From NCBI GenBank assembly GCA_030704665.1, contig JAUYID010000009.1, positions 586,460 to 650,459 of the forward strand: a DNA stretch of 64,000 nt, written 5' to 3'. Of this stretch, positions 54,753-63,430 are shown in pieces. The notes under the pieces are model-generated. The model was not told the origin of the DNA, did no database searches, and saw nothing but the letters and a program-made list of their open reading frames with translations. Position 1 is the stretch's first letter; every line of letters begins with the position of its first letter. Source of the DNA: a bacterium. GTDB taxonomy: Bacteria > Patescibacteriota > Microgenomatia > Woykebacterales > RBG-16-39-9b. The position numbers and the translations under genes were made by a program.

Positions 54753-57633
54753 ATTCGGCTGGCCAGTTCGGGAGAGTCACTGTAACCAAAGCGTTTAATT
54801 GCGTACCAGCCGCTTTTCGGGCGTCTTGAATCTGGCGAATGAGATCGCGGACTTCACCCTCTGTTTTTAGCTCAGGGGTAATGGCTGTGTCCAAAGTAAC
54901 CTCGCTTTCCTTTAGCTTGGGATCGCTAACTACTTGTTTAACGTTAACCTCACCGCAAATCAACTTTTCAATTTCTTCACCAAGTTTTTCTCCACCGTAG
55001 CTCAATTTTGCCAACGGTTGTCTGACCTTGATGTTTTCTGCTTTTCTGGCAGCGTGTGCCAAACTTGCAATCTCCAGTGCTCTGGCCATTTCCTTTTCAA
55101 GATCTTTGTCAGCTTTGTAACCCATTTCCGGCCAGGGAGTGAGATGAACAGATTCTTGCCCAGTTAAATCCTTGAACATTGCTTCTGTCATGAACGGAAT
55201 CATTGGAGAAAGAACTTTTGTATAAGCAACAAGGATATAAAATAGCGTTTCATAAGCATCATTTTTGTCTTTGCCCTCCGGAGCTGTCGGACCAACTCGA
55301 TCACGGATGCGGCGGACGTACCAATTTGAAAGTTGATTCACAACAAAATCTTCGGCTTCGGCAACCGCAGCATCTGGTTGATACTTCTCCAAGGACTCCT
55401 GAATCTTCTCAACGCTTCCTGTAAGTTTCGACAAAATCCATTTATCAAGAACACTCTCCGGGTCAAAACCCTCCTCACTCGGCTCCCATTTATCCAGTGA
55501 GGCGTAATTCATAAAGAAAGCGAAAACGTTCCAAAAGCGAATGTGAAAATAGCGCCGGATCTCATCAGCCACGTGATAGCCAAAATTGACGTTGTTTTCA
55601 GGATTAGTGCGCAGATAGAGCCAGCGCATGACGTCAACTCCCATTTTTTCCGCTGCCTCATCAAACCAAATCGCGTTTCCCTTACTCTTGTGCATTCCCT
55701 CACCTTTTTCGTCACGAACCGATCCGTGTCCTAGCAAAGTCTTGAACGGGGCTATATTTTCCAATGCAGTGGATAGGGCTATTAACGAGTAAAACCAGTT
55801 CTTAAATTGCCCAGCAAATTCCTCAGTAATAAAATCAGCTGGAAACCATTCTTCCCAGTGTTTTTTGTCAGTGAAATAATTCAAGGTTGAAAAAGGCACG
55901 ATTCCCGCGTCCAGCCAAGGGTTCCCTACATCTGGGATTCGTGAGCTAAGCTGACCGCATTTTGTACATTTAATTTTCACTTGGTCGATCCAGGGTCGAT
56001 GGGGACTATTGCCCTCAAACTCTCGCCAACCCTCAACTACTTTTTCTTTCAACTCTTCTTTAGAGCCAATGACATCGAAATTTCCACATTCGGCACATTC
56101 CCAGATTGGCAAGGCGAGACCCCAATAACGTTTCTTGCTTATTAACCAGTCGTGCAAGTTGTTGAGCCAATCAAGCTCGCGCTCATAGCCCCATTTCGGA
56201 ATCCAGTTGATGTCTTTGATCACCCCCTTCATCATCTCGCGATAAGTTTTCTTCGTCTTGGGATCATCACGATCAACGGCAATGTACCACTCGTCCACTA
56301 CCCGCCAGACCAACTCCGTCTTGCAGCGCCAACAAGTCGGATAACGGTGTTTGTAGTTCTCTGTCTTGAAAAGAAATTTCCCGCCCTCCTTCTTTTCGAG
56401 ATACTCGATAATTAATTCTGGGTGTTTCTTTGCATTCTGACCAGAGAACTCTCCGAGTCCTTCAATATAGCTTGCATCTTCTTCAATAAGAGGTATTAGC
56501 AACTCTGGATAAGCCTTAAGATTCATCAAAATCTTAAAGTCCTCGGTTCCAGCACCTGGAGCAATATGAACCAAACCTGTTCCCTCTTCTTCTGTAACTA
56601 AATCTGGTGCATCAATAACATGATGGAAAATTCTTGCTGTTTCTTCTTCCTTTGACTTACTCTTTACCTTTGAAACTATTGGTAATTCTTCAAAAGGCCA
56701 CTCATATTGGTGTCCTCCTGAGCTTAATTTATCGCCACCTAAACCAGAATCTACGACCTTTGCATCTTTTCCAAAAACCCTTTCAACCGCAGAGCTCATT
56801 ACCCAATAACCATCTTCATTAATTTCAACCAAAGAATATTCTTTTTCTGGATGGACAGCCAAAAAGACATTACCCGGAATTGTCCATGGAGTTGTTGTCC
56901 ACGCCAACAAGTATTGCTTTATTTTTCTGTCGCCCTTAATTGAGATCGGTTGGAATTCTCCACCTGTAAGTATGGGTGCTCTGACAAAGACTGATTTGTG
57001 AACTACTTCTTTATACTCCTCAGTCAAAATTTCGTGTTGAGAAATGGCGGTTCCGCAACGCGGACACCAGGGAACAGAATCGCGACCTTTGTAGAGCCAG
57101 CCTTTGTCGTGAACGGTTTTCAGATAATGCCAGATAGAATAGTTGTTTTCGTCAGAAGAGGTATGGTAAGAATGCTCCCAGTCCATGAAATAACCCAAAC
57201 GCTCGCTTTGTTCTGTCTGGACCGCGGCGTATTTTTTGACCCGTTCCTTGCAGAGGTTAACAAACTTCGCGATTGAGTCAAAGACACTGCCAGGAACTAG
57301 GTTTTCTATGTCTTTCTTGGTGTGTAGCTCAAGCTCTTTTTCGACCTCAACCTCAACCCAAAGCCCCTGCTCATCAAAACCGTTTTGAAATCTTTGCCTT
57401 TTCCCAAGCATATTGTGGAAACGCTGCCAGAGATCCTTGTAGGTTCTGCCCCAAGCGTGGTGGACCCCCATTGGATTGTTGGCGGTGATGGGTCCGTCAA
57501 TGAAGGAAAAGGTTTCTTTCGAATCTTTGTTTCTTTCGAGATATTTTTTTAGGATTTTGTTCTTTTCCCAATAGTTGGCTATCTTTCTTTCCAACTCTGG
57601 AAAATCGACCTGGCTGTTTACTTGCTTAAACAT
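54676..57633 (-). CDS. ileS: class I aminoacyl-tRNA synthetase, most consistent with isoleucyl-tRNA synthetase
   Basis: 985 aa. HIGH-region equivalent ...GPITANNPMGVHHAWGRTY, KMSKS equivalent GMHKSKGN, Zn-finger-like CPRCG...C..CG pairs. The size fits IleS and the editing-domain pattern TTPWTIPGN is IleS-like, but valyl cannot be fully excluded. Confidence 0.65.
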   Translation of the reverse strand: MFKQVNSQVDFPELERKIANYWEKNKILKKYLERNKDSKETFSFIDGPITANNPMGVHHAWGRTYKDLWQRFHNMLGKRQRFQNGFDEQGLWVEVEVEKELELHTKKDIENLVPGSVFDSIAKFVNLCKERVKKYAAVQTEQSERLGYFMDWEHSYHTSSDENNYSIWHYLKTVHDKGWLYKGRDSVPWCPRCGTAISQHEILTEEYKEVVHKSVFVRAPILTGGEFQPISIKGDRKIKQYLLAWTTTPWTIPGNVFLAVHPEKEYSLVEINEDGYWVMSSAVERVFGKDAKVVDSGLGGDKLSSGGHQYEWPFEELPIVSKVKSKSKEEETARIFHHVIDAPDLVTEEEGTGLVHIAPGAGTEDFKILMNLKAYPELLIPLIEEDASYIEGLGEFSGQNAKKHPELIIEYLEKKEGGKFLFKTENYKHRYPTCWRCKTELVWRVVDEWYIAVDRDDPKTKKTYREMMKGVIKDINWIPKWGYERELDWLNNLHDWLISKKRYWGLALPIWECAECGNFDVIGSKEELKEKVVEGWREFEGNSPHRPWIDQVKIKCTKCGQLSSRIPDVGNPWLDAGIVPFSTLNYFTDKKHWEEWFPADFITEEFAGQFKNWFYSLIALSTALENIAPFKTLLGHGSVRDEKGEGMHKSKGNAIWFDEAAEKMGVDVMRWLYLRTNPENNVNFGYHVADEIRRYFHIRFWNVFAFFMNYASLDKWEPSEEGFDPESVLDKWILSKLTGSVEKIQESLEKYQPDAAVAEAEDFVVNQLSNWYVRRIRDRVGPTAPEGKDKNDAYETLFYILVAYTKVLSPMIPFMTEAMFKDLTGQESVHLTPWPEMGYKADKDLEKEMARALEIASLAHAARKAENIKVRQPLAKLSYGGEKLGEEIEKLICGEVNVKQVVSDPKLKESEVTLDTAITPELKTEGEVRDLIRQIQDARKAAGTQLNALVTVTLPNWPAEFEDFIKQQTLAKELLQGSEISIKKD

Positions 57634-57644
57634 GTGGCTAGAAT

Positions 57645-57680
57645 TAAACCAAAAAATCGCTCTTCTTACAAGCGATTTTT
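57645..57680 (-). terminator. rho-independent terminator of the KGG-repeat gene (10-bp stem AAAAATCGCT/AGCGATTTTT, followed by a U-run on the minus strand)
   Basis: Perfect 10-bp inverted repeat with a 9-nt loop. It ends about 12 nt before the ileS start codon. Confidence 0.6.
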
Positions 57681-57753
57681 GGCTCTAGTTAGTTTTAGGT
57701 AAATAATTCCTGCCCCAAAACTGGGGCGTCGGGTAGCTGAACTGCTACCAAGA

Positions 57754-58011
57754 CTAGCCTTCCTCTGGTTGGTTCTTACGTGCCCTTGCCTGTCCACCTT
57801 TACGACCAATCTTGGAGTAGAAAGCTTGACCGTGTTTGATGCGAACTGTCTCGCCACCTTTTTCACCTATCTTTGAGAAAAAATCAGGGCCATAGGTGTC
57901 TTTTGTCGATTGCCCACCCTTTCTACCAATCTCTGAGTAAAAAGAAGGGCCATACTTATTCTTGACTGCCAAACCACCCCGGCGGCCTGCCTCCTCGGTT
58001 GTGATTGCCAT
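57754..58011 (-). CDS. KGG-repeat general stress protein (YciG/GsiB-like)
   Basis: 85 aa with four copies of the ~20-aa repeat ...YG.(S/D)F(Y/F)S(E/K)IG.KGG(Q/E)... Confidence 0.7.
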   Translation of the reverse strand: MAITTEEAGRRGGLAVKNKYGPSFYSEIGRKGGQSTKDTYGPDFFSKIGEKGGETVRIKHGQAFYSKIGRKGGQARARKNQPEEG

Positions 58012-58186
58012 CTAACTTTCACCCCCTTTCAAGAGATAAGTTATAGTGGTTTTATCCAAATACCTTACATTAATGATGTAACATATTGTTGAATCTCTGT
58101 CAAGGTCTTGCTTAGAAGCATTCTTAACTTTCTGAAAGCTGCCCTTGCAGCAATGGATTTCTTTAGTGTAGTATGTAGAGCAAGTC

Positions 58187-58501
58187 ATGGATACCGCTGA
58201 GACGAAACCAATTTTCACTCTCTCCGTCGCTGCCGAAATATTAGGAGTCCACCCTCGAACCCTGATGATTTATGAAAATGAGGGTCTGGCAATTCCGGCG
58301 AGGACGAAAACAAATCGTCGCCGCTACAGCCAGAAAGACCTGCGTAGTTTGCAATTTATCCGCTTTCTTACCAATAAAAAAGGTGTCAATCTTGCTGGTG
58401 TAAAGGCAATACTGCAAATGATCAAACTCGGAAGTGAAAAGGGTCTCGATCTGCAGAAAAAAATCTTCCCCGATTTTGTTGAATCCAAAACTCTTTTCTG
58501 A
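58187..58501 (+). CDS. MerR-family transcriptional regulator (HspR-like, short)
   Basis: 104 aa. N-terminal HTH FTLSVAAEILGVHPRTLMIYENEGL, typical of MerR/HspR. Divergent from the KGG stress gene. Confidence 0.75.
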   Translation: MDTAETKPIFTLSVAAEILGVHPRTLMIYENEGLAIPARTKTNRRRYSQKDLRSLQFIRFLTNKKGVNLAGVKAILQMIKLGSEKGLDLQKKIFPDFVESKTLF

Positions 58502-58637
58502 TCACACCGCTTGCTTGTTGATTTCTAAATTCAATAGTGATAGTCTCACTGTAGTGTTTAGTTAGCTCAATATTCTAAAGAAATAATAATTATTCCACAG
58601 AACTCCCGTAAGCCCTCGCGGGAGTTCTTTCGTTAAT

Positions 58638-60263
58638 TTACTTTTTTAAAGACGCTTTGATGAACGAACTAAAAAGTGGATGAGCCTTCAAAGGTCTACT
58701 TTGGAATTCGGGGTGGAACTGTGTTCCCACAAAAAAGGAATGATCGGCTAGCTCAACGATCTCAACTAGCTTTCCGTTAACACTCGTACCTGCAACTAGT
58801 AAGCCGACCTCCTCAAGATCTTCTCGATAAGCGTTGTTAAACTCATAACGATGACGGTGACGCTCACGGATTAGCTCAGATCCGTAAGCACGACGGGTGA
58901 TTGTTCCGGCCCGAAGTTTACAGGGATAGGAACCAAGCCTCATTGTTCCTCCGTATTCCCGACCGATGAGCAGTTTTTCCTGCTCCGGCATGATGTGGAT
59001 CACTGGATCAGGGGTTTTCGGATCAACCTCGGCGGTATGGGCTTTCTCAAGTTTGAGTAAGTGCCGCGCCACTTCGATTGTGGCCATATGCATTCCGTAA
59101 CAAAGACCAAGGTAGGGGGTCTTCCTTTCGCGGGCAAATTGAACTGCTCGGATCATCCCTTCTACTCCCCGCCCACCAAAACCGCCAGGAACGCAAATAC
59201 CGTCCATATTCGCGAGAACTTTTTCAGAATCTTTCTTTTCTAGCTCATCGCTATCGATCCAATTTAACTTAACTTTTACTCCGTTTTCCCAACCGGCGTG
59301 TTTCATCGCCTCAATCACCGAAACATAGACATCAGAAAGTTGGAAGTCTCCGGTAGCAAAATATTTTCCCACCACCCCAATGTTGACTTCCTTTTTTAAT
59401 TTGTGAATCGAATCAAGCAGGCTGCCCCATTCCTTCAAATCTTTTTTGCTTGTACCTAGACCAAATTTTTCCAAAATACGATCGCCCATATGTTGTGATT
59501 GTAGGGTCAAGGGAACTTGATAAATCGTCGAAACATCTGGATTGGAAATGACATCCTCGGGCGCCACGTTGCAAAACAAGGCCAATCTTTCCTTGCGGCG
59601 TCGATCTATGGGCAGCTCGGAACGGCCAACAACAATATCTGGTTGTATTCCTAGTGCATTCAGAGCTCGTACTGACATCTGGACTGGTTTACTCTTCATC
59701 TCGCCCAAATGGCTGGGGATTGGTAAATAGGCGACGTGAATTTGAAGAATATCCTTTGGGTGCTTGAGGCGCATGATACGAGAAGCTTCAAAAAAGAGTG
59801 TGTTCTGATACTCTCCGACGGTTCCTCCGAGCTCAACGAGGACTATATCAGCTTCTCGAACCTTTCCGGCAGCATAGAGGCGACGAATGATTTCGTCAGT
59901 CACATGAGGAATAGCTTCGACATCCTCACCATCATACTCAAAGGCTCGCTCTTTGCGCAGCACTTCTTGATAGACCTGGCCGGTGGTGATGTAATTGGCC
60001 CGAGTAAGAGAGGTACCGAGAAACCTTTCGTAGTGACCCAAGTCCTGATCAGTTTCAATCCCATCGTCGGTAACAAAAACTTCACCATGCTCTTGCGGTC
60101 GAATCGTTCCGGCATCAACATTCAAATACATATCGATTTTGACCGGAGAAACCTTGTAGCCCTTGGACTGGAGAATCAAGGCTAAAGAAGCGGTGGTGAT
60201 ACCCTTCCCAATTCCGGAAATCACACCACCAGAAACAAAGATGAATTTCGTAGTTTTTGCCAT
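58638..60263 (-). CDS. pyrG: CTP synthase
   Basis: 541 aa. N-terminal KFIFVSGGVISGIGKGITTASL, and a C-terminal GATase domain (GLCYGMH, Cys nucleophile). Confidence 0.95.
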   Translation of the reverse strand: MAKTTKFIFVSGGVISGIGKGITTASLALILQSKGYKVSPVKIDMYLNVDAGTIRPQEHGEVFVTDDGIETDQDLGHYERFLGTSLTRANYITTGQVYQEVLRKERAFEYDGEDVEAIPHVTDEIIRRLYAAGKVREADIVLVELGGTVGEYQNTLFFEASRIMRLKHPKDILQIHVAYLPIPSHLGEMKSKPVQMSVRALNALGIQPDIVVGRSELPIDRRRKERLALFCNVAPEDVISNPDVSTIYQVPLTLQSQHMGDRILEKFGLGTSKKDLKEWGSLLDSIHKLKKEVNIGVVGKYFATGDFQLSDVYVSVIEAMKHAGWENGVKVKLNWIDSDELEKKDSEKVLANMDGICVPGGFGGRGVEGMIRAVQFARERKTPYLGLCYGMHMATIEVARHLLKLEKAHTAEVDPKTPDPVIHIMPEQEKLLIGREYGGTMRLGSYPCKLRAGTITRRAYGSELIRERHRHRYEFNNAYREDLEEVGLLVAGTSVNGKLVEIVELADHSFFVGTQFHPEFQSRPLKAHPLFSSFIKASLKK

Positions 60264-60454
60264 TAAACGTCATTCTCAGCTTAACTGAGAATCTTCTCTA
60301 AAGATCCTCGTTTTCACGAGGATGACAAGTTGTAATTCTAGGTCTGGGAGACTTAACTCACAAAAATGCCCCTTCTGGTTTTCGGGGAAAACTTTTGGGG
60401 CCCACCATTATCTTAACAAACAGCAAGCAAGCGGTGTCAAGATGTTAAAGCGCT

Positions 60455-61219
60455 TCAATCTTCAACTACCAAGCTCTGAAGTAGTTCTTTCGCGGCTTTA
60501 TACTCTAATGAATTCACAAACTCTTGTTTTGAAATTGTTTCTTTAAAGCTCATCTCAAAGCTAAAGTTAACCGGACCAGTAGGATCTTTCGTTTTCAACG
60601 GTATTACATTATCCAACACACACGACCATTCTTTTGAGCTAGCTAAATAACTAGTTTTGACTTGGTTTTCGGAAGAACTTCCAGTAAACCGCAGGTAAAG
60701 GTTTTGATTGTTCACCTTGATTTTTTCGCTGCTTACAATAAGGTTAGCGGGTGGTTTGGTATCCTCTGGACAAGCACCACCAATTCCTCCTGGAATTTCT
60801 GAAATTTCAATCAGAAATCCATTTGACCCAGTAATAGTATAATAATGCCCAGAATTTTCGTTTTTCGAGTCGTCTTCTTTTAACAACCAAGTTTCTGGAG
60901 CCTTAAAGGTTAACATATGTGTTTTTCCTTTTTTAGTTGAGTGATCAAAAAGACTGTCGTAGAGCTTTATTATTCTTTCAACTGTCTTGGTAGAAGGAAG
61001 TATCTTCTCAGCTGAAGAACTAGCTTGCTTAGCGCTATTGGAAGCGGTGTTGATCGGAGTGTTGGTTGTATTGGGATTTTTGGATTGCTGGTCGAGGTAG
61101 TACCAAGCCCCAGCTACAACCAAAGCAAGGATAATAGCTACGGCTACAACTGCCAGAGTAACTCGTTTCAAACTAAAACTGCTCGTTGCTTTTAAAGGGG
61201 ATTGAATCAGCGTTGCCAT
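60455..61219 (-). CDS. hypothetical membrane-anchored protein
   Basis: 254 aa. N-terminal TM helix, Ser/Thr/Asn-rich linker, and a globular C-terminal domain. Confidence 0.45.
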   Translation of the reverse strand: MATLIQSPLKATSSFSLKRVTLAVVAVAIILALVVAGAWYYLDQQSKNPNTTNTPINTASNSAKQASSSAEKILPSTKTVERIIKLYDSLFDHSTKKGKTHMLTFKAPETWLLKEDDSKNENSGHYYTITGSNGFLIEISEIPGGIGGACPEDTKPPANLIVSSEKIKVNNQNLYLRFTGSSSENQVKTSYLASSKEWSCVLDNVIPLKTKDPTGPVNFSFEMSFKETISKQEFVNSLEYKAAKELLQSLVVED

Positions 61220-61243
61220 AAAAATTTTCAGATTCAGCTAAAA

Positions 61244-61489
61244 CTAATGAGCTGAACTGGTAGCTGGCTGAGCACTTTTTGAAGCTGAGTTTGTCGCTTG
61301 TTTGATGGAAGCACCTTTGTCTTCTTGGTTGACCACGTTCCAGGTGTACCAGAAAAGTGCTCCACCGATCAAAGCAGCGATGACCGCAATGACAGCGGTC
61401 GTGATCAGTGTCTTTTTGAGATCAAGCTTTTTTGAAGAAGCCGTTTGTGGCGGAGAAGTTGGCGACGGAGTGGTAATTTCTTCAGGCAT
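61244..61489 (-). CDS. hypothetical small membrane-anchored protein
   Basis: 81 aa. The N-terminal region (TM helix plus S/T-rich segment ending SSAH) resembles the N-terminus of the neighbouring 60455-61219 product, so it may be a paralogous fragment. Confidence 0.35.
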   Translation of the reverse strand: MPEEITTPSPTSPPQTASSKKLDLKKTLITTAVIAVIAALIGGALFWYTWNVVNQEDKGASIKQATNSASKSAQPATSSAH

Positions 61490-61527
61490 TGGCTTTATTA
61501 TCTAAAATATAGAGGTTTGTGTCAAGC

Positions 61528-61737
61528 TTACTGAGTTTCGAGAGCTTGAATTCTCTCTTCGTGTCCTTGCAGTCTTTCATCGTAGCGATTGACAGCATTA
61601 TTCAAAGTTCTTTCAATTCGATTCAAAATCTCTTCCATTCTATCTGTATCGTCCTTAAGTGCAACAACTGGAAGAATATTTTCCTCTACAACTTCTCCTA
61701 CCAACTTAACTAATTCTTTTTTGTCTTGTGTGTTCAT
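61528..61737 (-). CDS. hypothetical small coiled-coil protein
   Basis: 69-aa ORF, charged and helical. Possibly spurious. Confidence 0.3.
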   Translation of the reverse strand: MNTQDKKELVKLVGEVVEENILPVVALKDDTDRMEEILNRIERTLNNAVNRYDERLQGHEERIQALETQ

Positions 61738-62004
61738 TTTGACTTAAAGCTAGTATCGTAAATACTCTTACTTTCACCAATATATTTCCTTTTCCAATTA
61801 CTCATTACCCTTTTTATTTCGTCCTCAAGCATCTTCTTCAATTTTTCACGTTCTGGAATACTCATGGGAACTTATTTAACTAAAAAAGGTACTTTCTGTC
61901 AATTAAGAAATTTTGCTAGAGGATTACTTTCTAAAATTGTCATGCTGAACTAGGTTCAGCATCTAGATCCTGAACTGAATTCAGGACGACCTTTCTTACC
62001 TTTG

Positions 62005-62052
62005 TCTCATAAATGCCGGGATATATACTTTGCTGTGCAAAGACTGCATTCC
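62005..62052. repeat. structured repeat unit copy 1 (ftsZ-downstream intergenic region)
   Basis: TCTCATAAATGCCGGGATATATAC-[CTTTGC tgt GCAAAG]-ACTGCATTCC. Conserved flanks around an inner hairpin. Confidence 0.6.
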
Positions 62053-62115
62053 CTCTCTACCTAAAAAATTAAGTTGTTTTAATTGGGAATAGTGGGCAAA
62101 AAAAGTTTACCTCTG

Positions 62116-62166
62116 CCTCATGAAAGCCGGAATGTATACTTTTTCTGGCGAAAAAGACTGCATTCC
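62116..62166. repeat. structured repeat unit copy 2
   Basis: CCTCATGAAAGCCGGAATGTATAC-[CTTTTTC tggc GAAAAAG]-ACTGCATTCC. The outer GGAATG/CATTCC pair is possible; the inner hairpin has a different sequence but the same shape. Confidence 0.6.
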
Positions 62167-62226
62167 TTTTGAGCGTTAACGTCCAGTTAACTTGTCAGCT
62201 AATATAAAGGGGGTAGTTTAGCGTTG

Positions 62227-62270
62227 TCTCATAAATGCCGGAATGTAAACCTCGCTTCGCGACGACTGCA
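62227..62270. repeat. structured repeat unit copy 3 (more diverged)
   Basis: TCTCATAAATGCCGGAATGTAAAC-[CTCGC ttc GCGAC]-GACTGCATAC. Ends 9 nt from the ftsZ stop codon. Confidence 0.5.
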
Positions 62271-62278
62271 TACTGCTT

Positions 62279-63355
62279 TTATCGCTGACGCATAAAAGCA
62301 GGTATGTCGAAGGCGTCTTCCTCTTCTGTCTCCCCACTAGAAGACTCGGGTACATCGGGAAGGGCCTCAACTGCCTCACGAGAAACTGCGGCGCGAGCTT
62401 TGTCTTCAGAAAAACCAGTCGCGATGACGGTAATTTTTACCTGATCGACGAGATTTTCATCAATGGCTGCTCCAAAAATGATATTGGCATCGGCATCCGC
62501 AGCAGCGGAAATGATCTTGGCCGCCTCATCGACTTCAAACATGGAGATGTCAGCTCCACCGGTGACATTGAAAAGCACTCCTTTGGCTCCTTCGATCGAA
62601 ACTTCAAGCAAAGGAGAGGCGATCGCTGCCCGTGCTGCTGAAGCAGCGCGGCCCTCACCGGTACCGTAGCCAATTCCCATCAGAGCACTTCCAGCGTTGG
62701 TCATGATGCTGCGAACATCAGCAAAGTCGACGTTGATCAGACCAGGCATGACGATGATGTCGGAAATACCTTGAACTCCCTGACCAAGAACTGAATCGGC
62801 AACTTTGAAAGCTTCAATCAAACTCATTTTTTTATCAACCACATCGAGCAACCTTTGGTTGGGAATGACGATCATAGTATCAACTTTGTCTTTGAGACCA
62901 TCAACCCCTTCTTCGGCTACTTCCCAACGGTGCGCTCCTTCGAAAGTAAAGGGTTTAGTTACGACTGCAACTGTCAGGGCCCCACTTTTGCGAGCGATAT
63001 CAGCAACGATTGGGGCAGCACCAGTACCAGTACCACCACCCATTCCGGCAGTGACAAAGACCATATCGGCATCACTGACAACTTCGGAAAGCTTTTCGGC
63101 TGACTCTTCAGCAGCTTTTTTCCCAATATCCGGATCTCCTCCCGAACCAAGACCGCGAGTCAATTGCTCTCCAATTTGGACTTTGGTCGGAGCTTGGCAA
63201 GTTAGCAGTGCCTGAGCATCAGTATTAACACCAATAAAATCGACACCTTGAATTTGTTGAAGAGTGATCATAGAGTTGAGGGCGTTGGTTCCAGCTCCGC
63301 CAACACCAATGACCTTAATTTTTGCAAAACGGTTTACTTCCGGTTTTATGAGCAT
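62279..63355 (-). CDS. ftsZ: cell division protein FtsZ
   Basis: 358 aa. Tubulin signature [11 protein letters not shown]-terminal [19 protein letters not shown]-terminal conserved peptide DIPAFMRQR. Confidence 0.95.
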   Translation of the reverse strand: MLIKPEVNRFAKIKVIGVGGAGTNALNSMITLQQIQGVDFIGVNTDAQALLTCQAPTKVQIGEQLTRGLGSGGDPDIGKKAAEESAEKLSEVVSDADMVFVTAGMGGGTGTGAAPIVADIARKSGALTVAVVTKPFTFEGAHRWEVAEEGVDGLKDKVDTMIVIPNQRLLDVVDKKMSLIEAFKVADSVLGQGVQGISDIIVMPGLINVDFADVRSIMTNAGSALMGIGYGTGEGRAASAARAAIASPLLEVSIEGAKGVLFNVTGGADISMFEVDEAAKIISAAADADANIIFGAAIDENLVDQVKITVIATGFSEDKARAAVSREAVEALPDVPESSSGETEEEDAFDIPAFMRQR

Positions 63356-63430
63356 GGTTGAAACCTGAAATTAATTGTCTCTCAAGGGACAGATAGAGGC
63401 AGAATACAACGAATAGACTTTCTTGTCAAT

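Noticed and set aside
57634-57760. T-box riboswitch leader upstream of the aminoacyl-tRNA synthetase gene (ileS).
   Set aside because: The available leader is only about 120 nt, whereas a T-box needs roughly 200-300 nt. No T-box consensus (AATTAGGGTGGNACCGCG) or specifier-loop arrangement was seen. The hairpins are better explained as the terminator of the upstream KGG gene.
58012-58218. 68-aa ORF between the KGG gene and the MerR regulator gene.
   Set aside because: It overlaps the MerR start and occupies the divergent promoter/operator region. Cys-rich oddities aside, it has no support as a gene.
61990-62280. Possible CRISPR array downstream of ftsZ, with three regularly spaced repeat copies about 110 nt apart.
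   Set aside because: Only three copies. The conserved parts are the flanks, and the variable part is a short self-complementary hairpin, the opposite of CRISPR repeat-spacer architecture. The period is too long and no cas genes are nearby. Reported instead as a structured repeat region.
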